Assembly: GCA_019120635.1 (NCBI GenBank)
Contig: DWUR01000100.1
Location: 1,667 to 65,666, forward strand
DNA length: 64,000 bases
Direction: 5' to 3'
Source: Candidatus Corynebacterium intestinavium
GTDB lineage: Bacteria; Actinomycetota; Actinomycetes; Mycobacteriales; Mycobacteriaceae
The translations under genes were made by a program, and so were the position numbers. The notes below the pieces were generated by a model. It ran no database searches. It had not been told where the DNA came from and saw only the letters and a list, made by a program, of their open reading frames with translations. Shown here one piece after another: positions 50,106 to 59,543 of the stretch. How positions within the stretch are numbered: the stretch's first letter is position 1; each line of letters begins with the position of its first letter.

Positions 50106-51413
50106 CTATTTCCGGTGCCGGGTGAAGAAGCTCAAGATCTCCGCCCCGGCGTTGACCGCGCGAGTGGGGTTCGCGTTCTGCTGTCCCCCGTCGTTACGCA
50201 CCCCAGCGATCCCGGACTCGCCCGGCCGGGCGGCTTCGCCCTCGCCGGGCCACGTGTGATCCATCCCCTTCACGGCGATGTGCATGACGTCCTTGTCCGC
50301 CGCGCAGTCGCGCCACTGGTAGCGACGGACGACGGGGGTAACGTTGCGAACCGCAGGCGCGCCGAAGCAGGATGCGCGGTGGGCGTACGCGGAGGCGAAG
50401 CTCATCGCCCCGAGGTAGGGGGTGCCGTAGCGAGAGCCGCCTTCGTAGTGGATGCGGCTGTCGGCCTCCCCGTGGATTTCGAGGAAGGACGTCGCCCTGC
50501 TGCCGCGGAACTGTGGGTGTTCTTTGCCGCGCTGTGCCCGTGTTGCGCAGCCCTGCCAGGTTCCCTTGTAATAGGCGCCTGCCACGGAGGCGAAGGCGGC
50601 GAATTCCTGGGGCATCTCGCAGGCGAGCTTCGCGACGAAGCCACCGCCGTTGCTCATGCCCGCGGCATAAATGCGCAGGTCGTCGACCTGGTAGGTAGCG
50701 GCGATGCGGTTGATGAGGTCCCGGACTAGGGCGAGGTCCTGTTTCCCGGTGGCCGTGGCATAAGGCGCGCCCGCCCAGGCCTTGTCGATTCCGTCGGGGT
50801 AGGCGACGATGGCGCCGTCCCGGGCGAGGTCGCCGAAGCGGGCCATGGATGCGCCGGACTGCCCGTAGCCGTGGAAGGCGAGGATCAGCGGTTTGGGACG
50901 GGTGGCCTGGGACTGGCGGGGCAGGGCGTCGGCGGGCACGTACAGCACTGCCTGGCGGTTCAGTCCGCCCGATTTCAGCTGGACTTGGCCGTTGTGCCCG
51001 GGGCGTGGGGCACCCCGCAGCGGGGCGGAGTGCTGGGTATTGCGCAGCACGGGCGCGGGGCTGGTGCTGGTGGCAGGATCCGCGGCAGCTTCCTGACCGG
51101 GCTCTCCCCCGCGGCCGTCCCGGGCGCTGGGCTCGCCGCCCGCCCCTGGGGTGCGGTCGTTGCTAGTGCCCGTGGCCCGGCTTGAGCGCTCCGGGATGGC
51201 CACGGCGGATTCGTGCTCAGTGCGCTCGCTGACCAGGCTGTGCCGACTTTTTCGGGTGAGGTAGTCGACGCTCCAGCCGGTATTTTTCTGCAGCCACACC
51301 CCGGCCCCGGCCGCGAGCAGAATGGCCACGGCTGCCAGCGCGAGGGCGATGATTCGCCGCAGCATATAGCGCCGCTGACTGGTGGGTCGCCCGGGAGGGC
51401 CAGGGGTGGTCAT
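50106..51413 (-). CDS. Membrane-anchored alpha/beta hydrolase (LpqC/PHB-depolymerase-like esterase)
   Basis: LILAFHGYG, nucleophile motif GMSNGG, EIHGEAD, MDHTWPG; N-terminal TM and a long low-complexity linker. Confidence 0.85.
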   Translation of the reverse strand: MTTPGPPGRPTSQRRYMLRRIIALALAAVAILLAAGAGVWLQKNTGWSVDYLTRKSRHSLVSERTEHESAVAIPERSSRATGTSNDRTPGAGGEPSARDGRGGEPGQEAAADPATSTSPAPVLRNTQHSAPLRGAPRPGHNGQVQLKSGGLNRQAVLYVPADALPRQSQATRPKPLILAFHGYGQSGASMARFGDLARDGAIVAYPDGIDKAWAGAPYATATGKQDLALVRDLINRIAATYQVDDLRIYAAGMSNGGGFVAKLACEMPQEFAAFASVAGAYYKGTWQGCATRAQRGKEHPQFRGSRATSFLEIHGEADSRIHYEGGSRYGTPYLGAMSFASAYAHRASCFGAPAVRNVTPVVRRYQWRDCAADKDVMHIAVKGMDHTWPGEGEAARPGESGIAGVRNDGGQQNANPTRAVNAGAEILSFFTRHRK

Positions 51414-51595
51414 TCCTCCGATCCTGGAGGGTGAGCGCGGTGATTGTCAATCGGTGAATCGCATAAGTGTTATTCCCCACGTTTTCGGCCTGACCCGTTT
51501 CTCCCCCCGCCCCGGACCGCGTGCTCCTCCCCACCATCGCAGCCACCCACCTGGGTCGCGCCCACTGCCGACCCGGTGGCCGGCTCCGGGGCGCC

Positions 51596-54500
51596 TCAGC
51601 GGAAATCCCGCGACGGGCTGCCCAGCGCCGCTGCACCGCCCAGCTCCGGCTCCACGGCCTCCAGCAGGTCGGCGGTAACACTGGCCGCGCCCTCCGCGTT
51701 ATGCACGATCCCGCGGACCACCACGATGCGCGCTGTCATCGCCACCTGCCTTTGCTTCTTCCATAAGCCCTGAGTGAGCATCACGTTCGCGATGCCGGTC
51801 TCGTCCTCCACCCCGAGGAAGACGACCCCGCCCGCAGTCGCTGGGCGCTGCCGGTGCGTGATCACCCCGGCCACCCGGATCCGCGAACCATCCGGCACGT
51901 GCAGCAGGTCCACGGCGGGCACCACCGCCGCCCCGCCCCGGCGCTGCCCGCGGCGCACCCCGGCGCGCACCGGCAGGTCGTGCCACTGGGAAAGCTGACC
52001 CCGGAGCAGCTCCACGGGGTGGCCATCCGGGGTCACCGACGTGGCCGCGAGGTCCGCGGCGGCCAGCTCGAAGGCGCTCATGCCGGGCAGCGCGGGCACC
52101 GACGGGGCGGACGTCCCCAGCAGCATGCCCTCCCGCTCCGTGGCCGCCAGCCCCGCGGCCCACACCGCCTGCCGCCGATCCAGCCCGAGGCTCTCCAAGG
52201 CGCCGGCCCGGGCCAGGGCCGCCACCTGCGCCACGCTGAGCCCGGCTTCCCGGGAGAGGTCGCTGACCTGTCGGTACTCCCCCTTCTCCTCCCGCGTGGC
52301 GATGATCCGCTCGGCCGCCTCCTCGCTGATCCCCGCGATGGATGCCAGCCCCAGCCGGATCGCGCCGATGGGCTCCGCGGTGCCCCGCCCCAGCCCGTGC
52401 ACCCCGCGGACGCGGTTGACGTCCTTAAAAGAAGAGGAAGCAGACGCAGCAGAACCGGCCGAGAGATCCGTGTCCGCCTGCACCCCGGAGGCATTGACGC
52501 ACACCGGGAGGATCCGCACCCCGTGGCGGCGGGCGTCCGCGATCAGCGACTGCGGCGAGTAGAAGCCCATCGGCTGGGCACGCAACAAGGCCACGCAGAA
52601 CTCCGCCGGATAGTGGTACTTAAACCAGGCGGAGTAGTAGACCAGCGCGGCGAAGGACTGGGAGTGGGACTCCGGGAAGCCATAGGCTGCGAACGCCATG
52701 ATCTTCTCCCACAGCCGGTCCGCGACCTCCCCGGTGATCCCGTTGGTGCGCTCCAGGCCCTCGTAGAAGCGTTCCTTGAGCCGCGCCATCCTCTCCGGGG
52801 AGCGCTTGGATCCCATCGCGCGGCGCAGTGTATCGGCCTCCGCGGCGGTGAACCCGGCGGCGTCCACCACGACCTGCATCAGCTGCTCCTGGAACAGCGG
52901 GATGCCAAGGGTCTTGCTGAGCGCGGGTTCCAGGCACGGGTGGTCGAAGGTCACCGGCTCCAGGCCGTTGCGCCGCCGGATGAACGGGTGTACCGACCCG
53001 CCCTGGATGGGGCCGGGGCGGATCAGCGCGACCTGCACCACCAGGTCGTAGAAGCGGCGGGGGCGCAGGCGGGGCAGGGTGTTCATCTGGGCGCGGGACT
53101 CCACCTGGAACACGCCCACCGCGTCGGCGCGGCTGAGCATCTCGTAGACCGCCTCCTCGGTCGGGGCCAGGCGCCACAGCTCGATGCGGCGGCCGCGGTG
53201 GGTGGCCACCTGGTCGATCGCGTGGTGCAGGGCCTCGAGCATGCCCAGGCCCAGCAGGTCGAATTTCACCAACCCGACGGCCGCGCAGTCGTCCTTATCC
53301 CACTGCACCACGGAGCGGTTCTCCATCCGCGCCCACTCGGTGGGCACGACGTCCGCGATGGGGCGGTCGCAGATGACCATTCCGCCGGAGTGAATGCCCA
53401 GGTGGCGGGGCTGGCCGATCAGCGGTTCAGCGAGCTGGCGGACCCGCTCGGGCGCCTCGGCGGTGCCTCGGGTCCAGGCATCCACCTGGCCAGCCGGGTA
53501 TCCGAGCGCGCGGGCGGCGTCCCGCAGCGCCCCCTTGCGCCGGTAGGTGATTACGTTCGCGACCTGGGCGGCGTTGTCCCGCCCGTAGCGGCGGTAGACG
53601 TACTGGATGACCTCCTCGCGGCGGCCGGATTCGATGTCCAGGTCGATATCGGGCGGGCCTTCGCGCTCCGGGGAGAGGAAGCGCTCGAAGAGCAGGCCGG
53701 CGGCGACGGCGTCGACCGAGGTAATGCCGAGCGCGAAGCAGACCGCGGAGTTCGCCGCCGAACCGCGCCCCTGGCAGAGGATGTTGTTGCTGTGGCAGTG
53801 GTCGACGATGTCGTGGACGATGAGGAAGTAGCCGGGGAAGCCCAGTTTTTCGATGACGCCGAGTTCCCGGTCAATGACCTCCCAGGCTTTCTGCGCCGCC
53901 GCGGTGGAGCCGCGCCGCCCGTAGCGGTGGGTGCCGTTTCTTTCCACGAGCTCGCGGAGCCAGGACATCTCACTGTGGCCTTCCGGCACGGGGAAGTGCG
54001 GTAGTTCCGGGGCGACGAGGTTGAGGGTGAAGGCACATTCTTCGGCGACGTCCACGCTGGTCGCGGTGGCTTCCGCGAGCCAGTCGCAGTCCCCGGCGAG
54101 CTGCCGCATTTCCACCCCGGAGCGCAGCCAGGATCCGCCAACGGGGTGAGTGACGGGTTCGGCGTGGGCGACGTCCCAACGCCGCCGCAGGGCGGCCTTG
54201 GCCCCGGCCAGCCGGGCCTGGCTGGGGGCCGCGCAGGTGGGCTGGGAGGAGAGGATTTCGCGCAGCCCGTGGGCAGTGGCGAAGGCGTGCAGGGCCTCGT
54301 TGTGGTCCGCGTCCGCCGGGTCCATGCTGATCTGCAGCTGCACGAGGCAGTGCTGCGGGCCGAAGGCTTCGAGTAGCTCCCCGGCCCGGCCGGGGGTGGC
54401 GAGCTGGGCGGCGTCGATGAGGACGAGCCAGTGCCCGCCGGCCGCCTCGGCGAGCTCGCCGAGGCTGGGATATTCGACCGCATCCTTGTCCCGGTGGGTC

Positions 54501-55030
54501 ATCCGGGCGGCGGTGATGCTGCGGCTAAGCCGCCGGTAGCCCTCCTGGCCACGGCAGAGCACCGCCAGGCCTGGGGCCTGTGGCCCGTCGATGCTGAGCT
54601 CCGCCCCGAAGGCGGTCTGGAGCTGGCCCTCTGCCTCCGCGGCGGCGGTGGCGAAGCGCGCGGCGCCATACATGCCATCCCGGTCGAGGCAGGCCAAGGC
54701 GGTGATGCCGAGCGCGACGGCCTGTTCCACTAGTTCCTCGGGCTCGCTGGCGCCGTGGAGAAAGTGATAGCTGCTGGCGGCACGCAGCTCCGCGAATTCC
54801 ACATGTGCCCCGACTGCGCGTGCCTTGCCGCTCGGGTGCCGCGCCGCCGTCTGCGTCCCGCAGGAGCCACCAGGCGGTTTCCCGCGCGAGTCACCGCGCT
54901 GTTCTTCGCGCCGCACTTCGTTCCGTGAGCGGGCCGCTACGCTCTCACCTGTGATTTTCCCCGAAAGAATACGCTCGATCCGCGACCAGCTGAGGGCCTT
55001 GGGGTTATTGAATCCGCGCGTATACGTCAC
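51596..55030 (-). CDS. dnaE2: Error-prone DNA polymerase III alpha subunit
   Basis: LSWSRIERILSG N-terminus, QGRGSAANS, PPDIDLDIE, PRHLGIHSGG, KFDLLGLGML, FPESHS, RQRPATAGG, C-terminal SRDFR. Confidence 0.97.
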   Translation of the reverse strand: MTYTRGFNNPKALSWSRIERILSGKITGESVAARSRNEVRREEQRGDSRGKPPGGSCGTQTAARHPSGKARAVGAHVEFAELRAASSYHFLHGASEPEELVEQAVALGITALACLDRDGMYGAARFATAAAEAEGQLQTAFGAELSIDGPQAPGLAVLCRGQEGYRRLSRSITAARMTHRDKDAVEYPSLGELAEAAGGHWLVLIDAAQLATPGRAGELLEAFGPQHCLVQLQISMDPADADHNEALHAFATAHGLREILSSQPTCAAPSQARLAGAKAALRRRWDVAHAEPVTHPVGGSWLRSGVEMRQLAGDCDWLAEATATSVDVAEECAFTLNLVAPELPHFPVPEGHSEMSWLRELVERNGTHRYGRRGSTAAAQKAWEVIDRELGVIEKLGFPGYFLIVHDIVDHCHSNNILCQGRGSAANSAVCFALGITSVDAVAAGLLFERFLSPEREGPPDIDLDIESGRREEVIQYVYRRYGRDNAAQVANVITYRRKGALRDAARALGYPAGQVDAWTRGTAEAPERVRQLAEPLIGQPRHLGIHSGGMVICDRPIADVVPTEWARMENRSVVQWDKDDCAAVGLVKFDLLGLGMLEALHHAIDQVATHRGRRIELWRLAPTEEAVYEMLSRADAVGVFQVESRAQMNTLPRLRPRRFYDLVVQVALIRPGPIQGGSVHPFIRRRNGLEPVTFDHPCLEPALSKTLGIPLFQEQLMQVVVDAAGFTAAEADTLRRAMGSKRSPERMARLKERFYEGLERTNGITGEVADRLWEKIMAFAAYGFPESHSQSFAALVYYSAWFKYHYPAEFCVALLRAQPMGFYSPQSLIADARRHGVRILPVCVNASGVQADTDLSAGSAASASSSFKDVNRVRGVHGLGRGTAEPIGAIRLGLASIAGISEEAAERIIATREEKGEYRQVSDLSREAGLSVAQVAALARAGALESLGLDRRQAVWAAGLAATEREGMLLGTSAPSVPALPGMSAFELAAADLAATSVTPDGHPVELLRGQLSQWHDLPVRAGVRRGQRRGGAAVVPAVDLLHVPDGSRIRVAGVITHRQRPATAGGVVFLGVEDETGIANVMLTQGLWKKQRQVAMTARIVVVRGIVHNAEGAASVTADLLEAVEPELGGAAALGSPSRDFR

Positions 55031-55050
55031 GTGCGAAACCCTACCCTAAA

Positions 55051-55066
55051 TCGAACACCTATTCGA
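55051..55066. promoter_or_regulatory. LexA (SOS) box of dnaE2
   Basis: TCGAAC-ACCT-ATTCGA, one mismatch to TCGAAC-N4-GTTCGA; just upstream of the TAGGGT -10 of dnaE2. Confidence 0.88.
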
Positions 55067-55161
55067 TATAGCGCGGGGAACGCCCACCTGACCCGCCGTC
55101 CAAAACCGTCTTTTCCTCAAGGCCAAAATCGACGACACCACGTGCATAAATGACAAGAAAA

Positions 55162-55177
55162 TAGACCAAGTTGTCCA
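55162..55177. promoter_or_regulatory. McbR operator of metQNI
   Basis: TAGAC-CAAGTT-GTCCA; shares AAAATAGACCAAGT with the metY site; about 17 nt before a TAAATT -10. Confidence 0.78.
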
Positions 55178-55290
55178 CCACCGCCAAGCGGTGCTAAATT
55201 TGCCTTCAACAATTAGTGACCCGCCAAACCTAAGAAAACACCCACGCCAACGACGGCACCCAGCGGGCCCTCAGATCTAGGAGGATCACC

Positions 55291-56160
55291 ATGTCCCTTC
55301 GACGCAAGGCTCTGGCCGCGACGATCGCCCTGACCACCAGCTTCAGCCTCGTGGCCTGCTCCGGCGGCAACGACGACGACACCATCGTCATCGGCACCAC
55401 CGACTCCGAGCAGAAGCAGTGGCAGGTCTTCAAGCAGGAGCTGGACAACGCCGGCCTGAAGACCGAGATCAAGTCCTTCAATGACTACTCCATCCCGAAC
55501 CGTGCGCTGACCGACGGCGAGATCGACGTCAACAACTTCCAGCACATGATGTTCCTCGCCGAGTACAACAACGGCAACAACACCGACCTCGCACCGGTCG
55601 GCGCCACCGAGATCCTGCCGCTGGGCCTGTACTACAAGGACCACTCCGAGCTGAAGGACGTCGAGAAGGCCGGCGAGGTCGCCATCCCAAACGACTCCAC
55701 CAACCAGGGCCGCGCCATCAACGTCCTCGTCCAGGCAGAACTGGTCACCCTGAAGAAGGAAGGCCTGCTGACCCCGACCCCGGCTGACATCGACACCGAA
55801 AAGTCCAAGGTCAAGGTCACCCCGGTCGACGCAGCCCAGACCGCGACCTCCTGGCTCGACGGCACCCCGGCCATCGTCAACAACTCCTTCCTGGACCGCG
55901 CGGACATCGACCCGGCGACCGCCATCTTCCAGGATGACCCGGAGAAGGAGGAGGCACAGCCGTACATCAACGGCTTCGTGACCACCAAGGACCGCAAGGA
56001 CGAAGAGGACCTGAAGAAGCTCGTCGAGATCTGGCACTCCAAGCCGGTCCAGGACGCCATCGACGAGCAGACCAAGGGCACCTCCGTCGCCGTGACCATG
56101 TCCGGCGATGAGCTGCAGAAGGTGCTGGACAACACCCAGCAGAAGCTCAAGGAGCAGTAA
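55291..56160 (+). CDS. metQ: Methionine ABC transporter substrate-binding lipoprotein
   Basis: Lipobox LVAC; FNDYSIPN, NNFQH, AIPNDSTNQGRA, PYIN; AGGAGG RBS. Confidence 0.93.
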   Translation: MSLRRKALAATIALTTSFSLVACSGGNDDDTIVIGTTDSEQKQWQVFKQELDNAGLKTEIKSFNDYSIPNRALTDGEIDVNNFQHMMFLAEYNNGNNTDLAPVGATEILPLGLYYKDHSELKDVEKAGEVAIPNDSTNQGRAINVLVQAELVTLKKEGLLTPTPADIDTEKSKVKVTPVDAAQTATSWLDGTPAIVNNSFLDRADIDPATAIFQDDPEKEEAQPYINGFVTTKDRKDEEDLKKLVEIWHSKPVQDAIDEQTKGTSVAVTMSGDELQKVLDNTQQKLKEQ

Positions 56161-56171
56161 ACCCAACCCCA

Positions 56172-56227
56172 AAAAGGCGTGTCTCGCATGGCCGGCTCAC
56201 CAGCCCGCCTGCCGAGGCACGCCTTTT
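56172..56227 (+). other. Long intercistronic hairpin between metQ and metN
   Basis: AAAAGGCGTGTCTCG ... CGAGGCACGCCTTTT (15-bp stem with one G-U pair) plus inner pairing; probable mRNA stabiliser or partial terminator. Confidence 0.7.
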
Positions 56228-56245
56228 AAACCGGAAGGCACTCCA

Positions 56246-57337
56246 ATGGCCCAAGGCCCATCCGCCGCCCCCGACGCGGCCGCCCCCGCAACCCAGCGGG
56301 GCGACCGCACGGGAACGGGAATCGAATTCCGCAACGTCCACAAGGTCTTCAAGCAGGGGCGCAAGTCCGTCACCGCGCTGGAGGACGTGAACATCACCAT
56401 CCAGCCGGGCTCCATCGTGGGCATCATCGGCTACTCCGGCGCGGGCAAGTCCACGCTGGTGCGCCAGATCAACGGACTGGACAAGCCGACCAGCGGCGAG
56501 ATCCTGCTCGATGGTCAAGATATCGTCCCGCTGAAGGAACCGGAGATGCGCACGCTGCGCTCCGACATCGGCATGATCTTCCAGCAGTTCAACCTGTTCT
56601 CCTCCCGCACCGTGGCGGGCAACATCGCCTACCCGCTGAAGCTGCAGGGCATGCCGAAGGCCGAGCGCGAGGCGCGCGTCGCCGAGCTGCTGGAGTTCGT
56701 GGGGCTGGCGGATAAGGGCCGCAGCTACCCGGAGCAGCTCTCCGGTGGCCAGAAGCAGCGTGTGGGCATCGCCCGTGCGCTGGCAACGAACCCGAGCCTG
56801 CTGCTCGCCGACGAGGCCACCAGCGCGCTGGACCCCTCCACCACCCGTGACGTGCTCGCGCTGCTGCGCCGCGTCAACCAGGAACTGGGCATCACCATCG
56901 TGGTGATCACCCACGAGATGGAGGTCGTGCGCTCCATCGCCGACCAGGTCGTCGTCATGTCCAACGCCCGCGTGGTGGAGCAGGGCTCGGTCTACGAGGT
57001 CTTCTCCAACCCGCAGACGGAGGTCGCGAAGAACTTCGTGGCCACCTCCCTGCGCAACACCCCGGACAACGTGGAAGCGGACGCCCTGCAGGCCGGCGAC
57101 GGCCGCCTGTTCACCATCACGATGAACCAGGGTGTGGGCTTCTTCGACGCCGTCTCCGAGCTCTCGGCCGCGGATGTGAGCGTGAACATCGTCCACGGCG
57201 GGGTCACCACCCTGCAGAACCACTCCTTCGGCCGCCTGACCGTGCGCGTGACCGCTCAGGACGCCGCCGGTGAGGCCGCGATCGAGAAGTTCTACGCCGA
57301 CCTGTCCCAGCGAACCGATATTGAGGAGATCCGATGA
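56246..57337 (+). CDS. metN: Methionine ABC transporter ATP-binding protein
   Basis: GIIGYSGAGKST, IFQQFNL, LSGGQKQRVGIARALA, DEATSALDP, C-terminal NIL-like domain. Confidence 0.95.
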   Translation: MAQGPSAAPDAAAPATQRGDRTGTGIEFRNVHKVFKQGRKSVTALEDVNITIQPGSIVGIIGYSGAGKSTLVRQINGLDKPTSGEILLDGQDIVPLKEPEMRTLRSDIGMIFQQFNLFSSRTVAGNIAYPLKLQGMPKAEREARVAELLEFVGLADKGRSYPEQLSGGQKQRVGIARALATNPSLLLADEATSALDPSTTRDVLALLRRVNQELGITIVVITHEMEVVRSIADQVVVMSNARVVEQGSVYEVFSNPQTEVAKNFVATSLRNTPDNVEADALQAGDGRLFTITMNQGVGFFDAVSELSAADVSVNIVHGGVTTLQNHSFGRLTVRVTAQDAAGEAAIEKFYADLSQRTDIEEIR

Positions 57338-58092
57338 GCGCGCTGACTACTTTCCCGACCGCCGCGGGCTCCACCGCCACCACAGCCGCTACCGCCCCTG
57401 CCACCGCGTCCCCGGACACCCTCGTGCTCGCCGCGATGGACTGGGACCGGCTGGGCGGCACCTTCACCCAGGCGATCTACGACACCCTCACGATGGTGCT
57501 GGCCACCCTCGTCATCGGTGGCCTGCTGGGCCTGGTGTTCGGCATGCTGCTGTACACCACCCGCCCGGGCGGGGTGCTGTCGAATAAGCCCATCTACTGG
57601 GTGATTAACTTCCTGGTGAACTTTGTTCGCCCGATCCCGTTCATCATCTTGCTCACCGCCATCGGCCCGTTGAGCGATGCCCTAGTGGGTAGCCGTATCG
57701 GCCTGAAGGCCGCGGTGTTGGGCATGGTGATCGCCGCAACCTTCGGCGCGGCCCGCATCGTGGAGCAGAACCTTGTCACCATCGACCCGGGCGTGATCGA
57801 GGCGGCGAAGTCCATGGGCGCTTCCCCGCTGCGAATCATCTTCACGGTGATCATCCCGGAGGCCCTGGGGCCGTTGATCCTGGGCTTTACGTTCATGTTC
57901 ATCGCGATCGTGGATATGTCCGCGATGGCTGGCTACATCGGCGCTGGCGGTTTGGGTGACTTCGCGATTGTCTACGGTTACCGCGCCTTCAACGACGAGG
58001 TCACGTGGATCACCGTGCTGGTCATCATCGTTATCGTCCAGGCTGCTCAGCTGTTCGGTAACTGGCTGGCTAAGAAGGTTATGCGCCGCTAG
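57334..58092 (+). CDS. metI: Methionine ABC transporter permease
   Basis: RPIPFIIL, IEAAKSMGAS, SAMAGYIGAGGLGDFA. Confidence 0.95.
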   Translation: MSALTTFPTAAGSTATTAATAPATASPDTLVLAAMDWDRLGGTFTQAIYDTLTMVLATLVIGGLLGLVFGMLLYTTRPGGVLSNKPIYWVINFLVNFVRPIPFIILLTAIGPLSDALVGSRIGLKAAVLGMVIAATFGAARIVEQNLVTIDPGVIEAAKSMGASPLRIIFTVIIPEALGPLILGFTFMFIAIVDMSAMAGYIGAGGLGDFAIVYGYRAFNDEVTWITVLVIIVIVQAAQLFGNWLAKKVMRR

Positions 58093-58131
58093 AAACTCAC
58101 CCTTCGCCGGGCTTTCTGCCCCTCTTTTTAG

Positions 58132-58176
58132 GACGTCGCCCCCTTGCACTTCGGTGCGGGGGCGGCGTTCTTTTTA
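58132..58176 (+). terminator. Intrinsic terminator after metI
   Basis: GACGTCGCCCCC...GCAC-TTCG-GTGC...GGGGGCGGCGTTC-TTTTT. Confidence 0.8.
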
Positions 58177-58238
58177 TGCCTTGTTGGGGCAGGCGACGGT
58201 AACGAACGGGGCGTCGGTGACGAGCGCGACGTCGTCGT

Positions 58239-58658
58239 CTAGAAAACGAGGTTGACGAGCAGCACGTAGAACACCGTGCCCAGCAGGATGGATTGGGTGG
58301 CGGAGCGGCGCCACAGGTGCCAGATGGTGGTGAAGGCCACCGCGATGAGCAGGGAGGCCAGGCCGCCGGGGGCGTCCATCCGGTCGGCAGCGGTGTAGAT
58401 CACGAGGATGCTCATCACACCCACGGGCATGCCCATGCCGAGCCAGGCGACGAGCTTGGATTCCCGGAAGGAACGCAGGGCGGCGAAGGGCAGGCCGCGC
58501 AGGGCGACGGTGACGATGCAGAGCGGGAGCAGCACGCCGATGGTGGTGCCGAGGCTCACGCCGGCGGGCAGGCCGTAGCTGCCGGCGGCCTCGGCGGCGT
58601 GGAGGGTGTCGGCTGCGTGGACAGCCTCGGTGGCCAGAACAGTGGGTTGGGTGCTCAT
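58239..58658 (-). CDS. azlD: AzlD/BrnE small subunit of a branched-chain amino acid/methionine exporter
   Basis: TVALRGLPF, GMGMPVGVMSILVIY; overlaps the azlC stop. Confidence 0.85.
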   Translation of the reverse strand: MSTQPTVLATEAVHAADTLHAAEAAGSYGLPAGVSLGTTIGVLLPLCIVTVALRGLPFAALRSFRESKLVAWLGMGMPVGVMSILVIYTAADRMDAPGGLASLLIAVAFTTIWHLWRRSATQSILLGTVFYVLLVNLVF

Positions 58659-59425
58659 ACTTCCTGCCTTTCGTCCCCGGTGCGCCAGCGCAGCTGGAGG
58701 GCGCGGTCCAGGCCCGGGAGGTAGAAACGGGCGAGTAGGACGGCGAAGTAGAGCAGCATCGCGATCATCAGCATGTTGCCCGGGGAGACCAGCAGCGCCA
58801 CCGCGGCGGTCACCGCGGCCGTGAGGACCAGGGAGACGTCCCTGGTGGCGAGGAAGGACTCGATCAGCAGCACGACGAACAGGGCGGTGAGAGCGAACTC
58901 CATGCCCTCGAGCTTCCAGGGCATGGCGTCGCCGAAGAGGGCGCCGAGGACTCCCCCACCGACCCAGGCGCACTGCAGGACGATCTGAATGGCGATGACC
59001 TGGCGGCCGGTGAAACGCTGATTGGGGTTGGCGCTGACGATCGCATAGGTCTCGTCCGTCAGCGCGTAGATGCCGTAGGCGCGGGCGAGCCTGCTGCGGA
59101 TGACGTGCAGCGGGTAGTTCAGGGCGTAGAAGACATGCCTGAAGTTCACCAACAGCCCGTAGAGCGCGGCCGAGAGCGGCCCCACTCCCCCGGTGACGAG
59201 GCTGAGCGCCAGGAACTCCATGGAGCCGGCGTAAATCACAAACGAGAAGATCGGCGCCCAGAACCACGCGAAACCCATCTGGGTCAGCAGGATGCCAAAG
59301 GCCAGGCCGAGCGGAACCATGCCAAGGCCCACCGGCATGGCCAGCCCGATGGCATGCCGGATGCTGCCCTGGTCGGGCTTGTGCTGGGTATCGGTTTCGT
59401 GCGTGATGTCGTGCTCGTGCGGCAT
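58655..59425 (-). CDS. azlC: AzlC/BrnF large exporter subunit
   Basis: VPLGLAFG, IYAGSMEF, VNFRHVFY, ALTDETYA, EFALTALF; start uncertain. Confidence 0.92.
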   Translation of the reverse strand: MPHEHDITHETDTQHKPDQGSIRHAIGLAMPVGLGMVPLGLAFGILLTQMGFAWFWAPIFSFVIYAGSMEFLALSLVTGGVGPLSAALYGLLVNFRHVFYALNYPLHVIRSRLARAYGIYALTDETYAIVSANPNQRFTGRQVIAIQIVLQCAWVGGGVLGALFGDAMPWKLEGMEFALTALFVVLLIESFLATRDVSLVLTAAVTAAVALLVSPGNMLMIAMLLYFAVLLARFYLPGLDRALQLRWRTGDERQEV

Positions 59426-59543
59426 AGTCCGGTCGTTCTGAGTGTCGTGTTCGTCTGCGCCGTTGCGGTCCAGCGTCGCGTGCGAGGCGTTGCCCGGCTG
59501 AGTGCGGCCCTGGTCGGGTTGGCCCTGCTCGGGACGCCGCGAG

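Noticed and set aside
51442-51452. GATTGTCAATC palindrome upstream of the esterase
   Set aside because: Short, single occurrence, and explained by a TTGACA -35 on the minus strand
51854-54004. 716-aa plus-strand ORF inside dnaE2
   Set aside because: Antisense shadow; Arg/Pro/Gly-rich composition typical of off-frame GC-rich DNA
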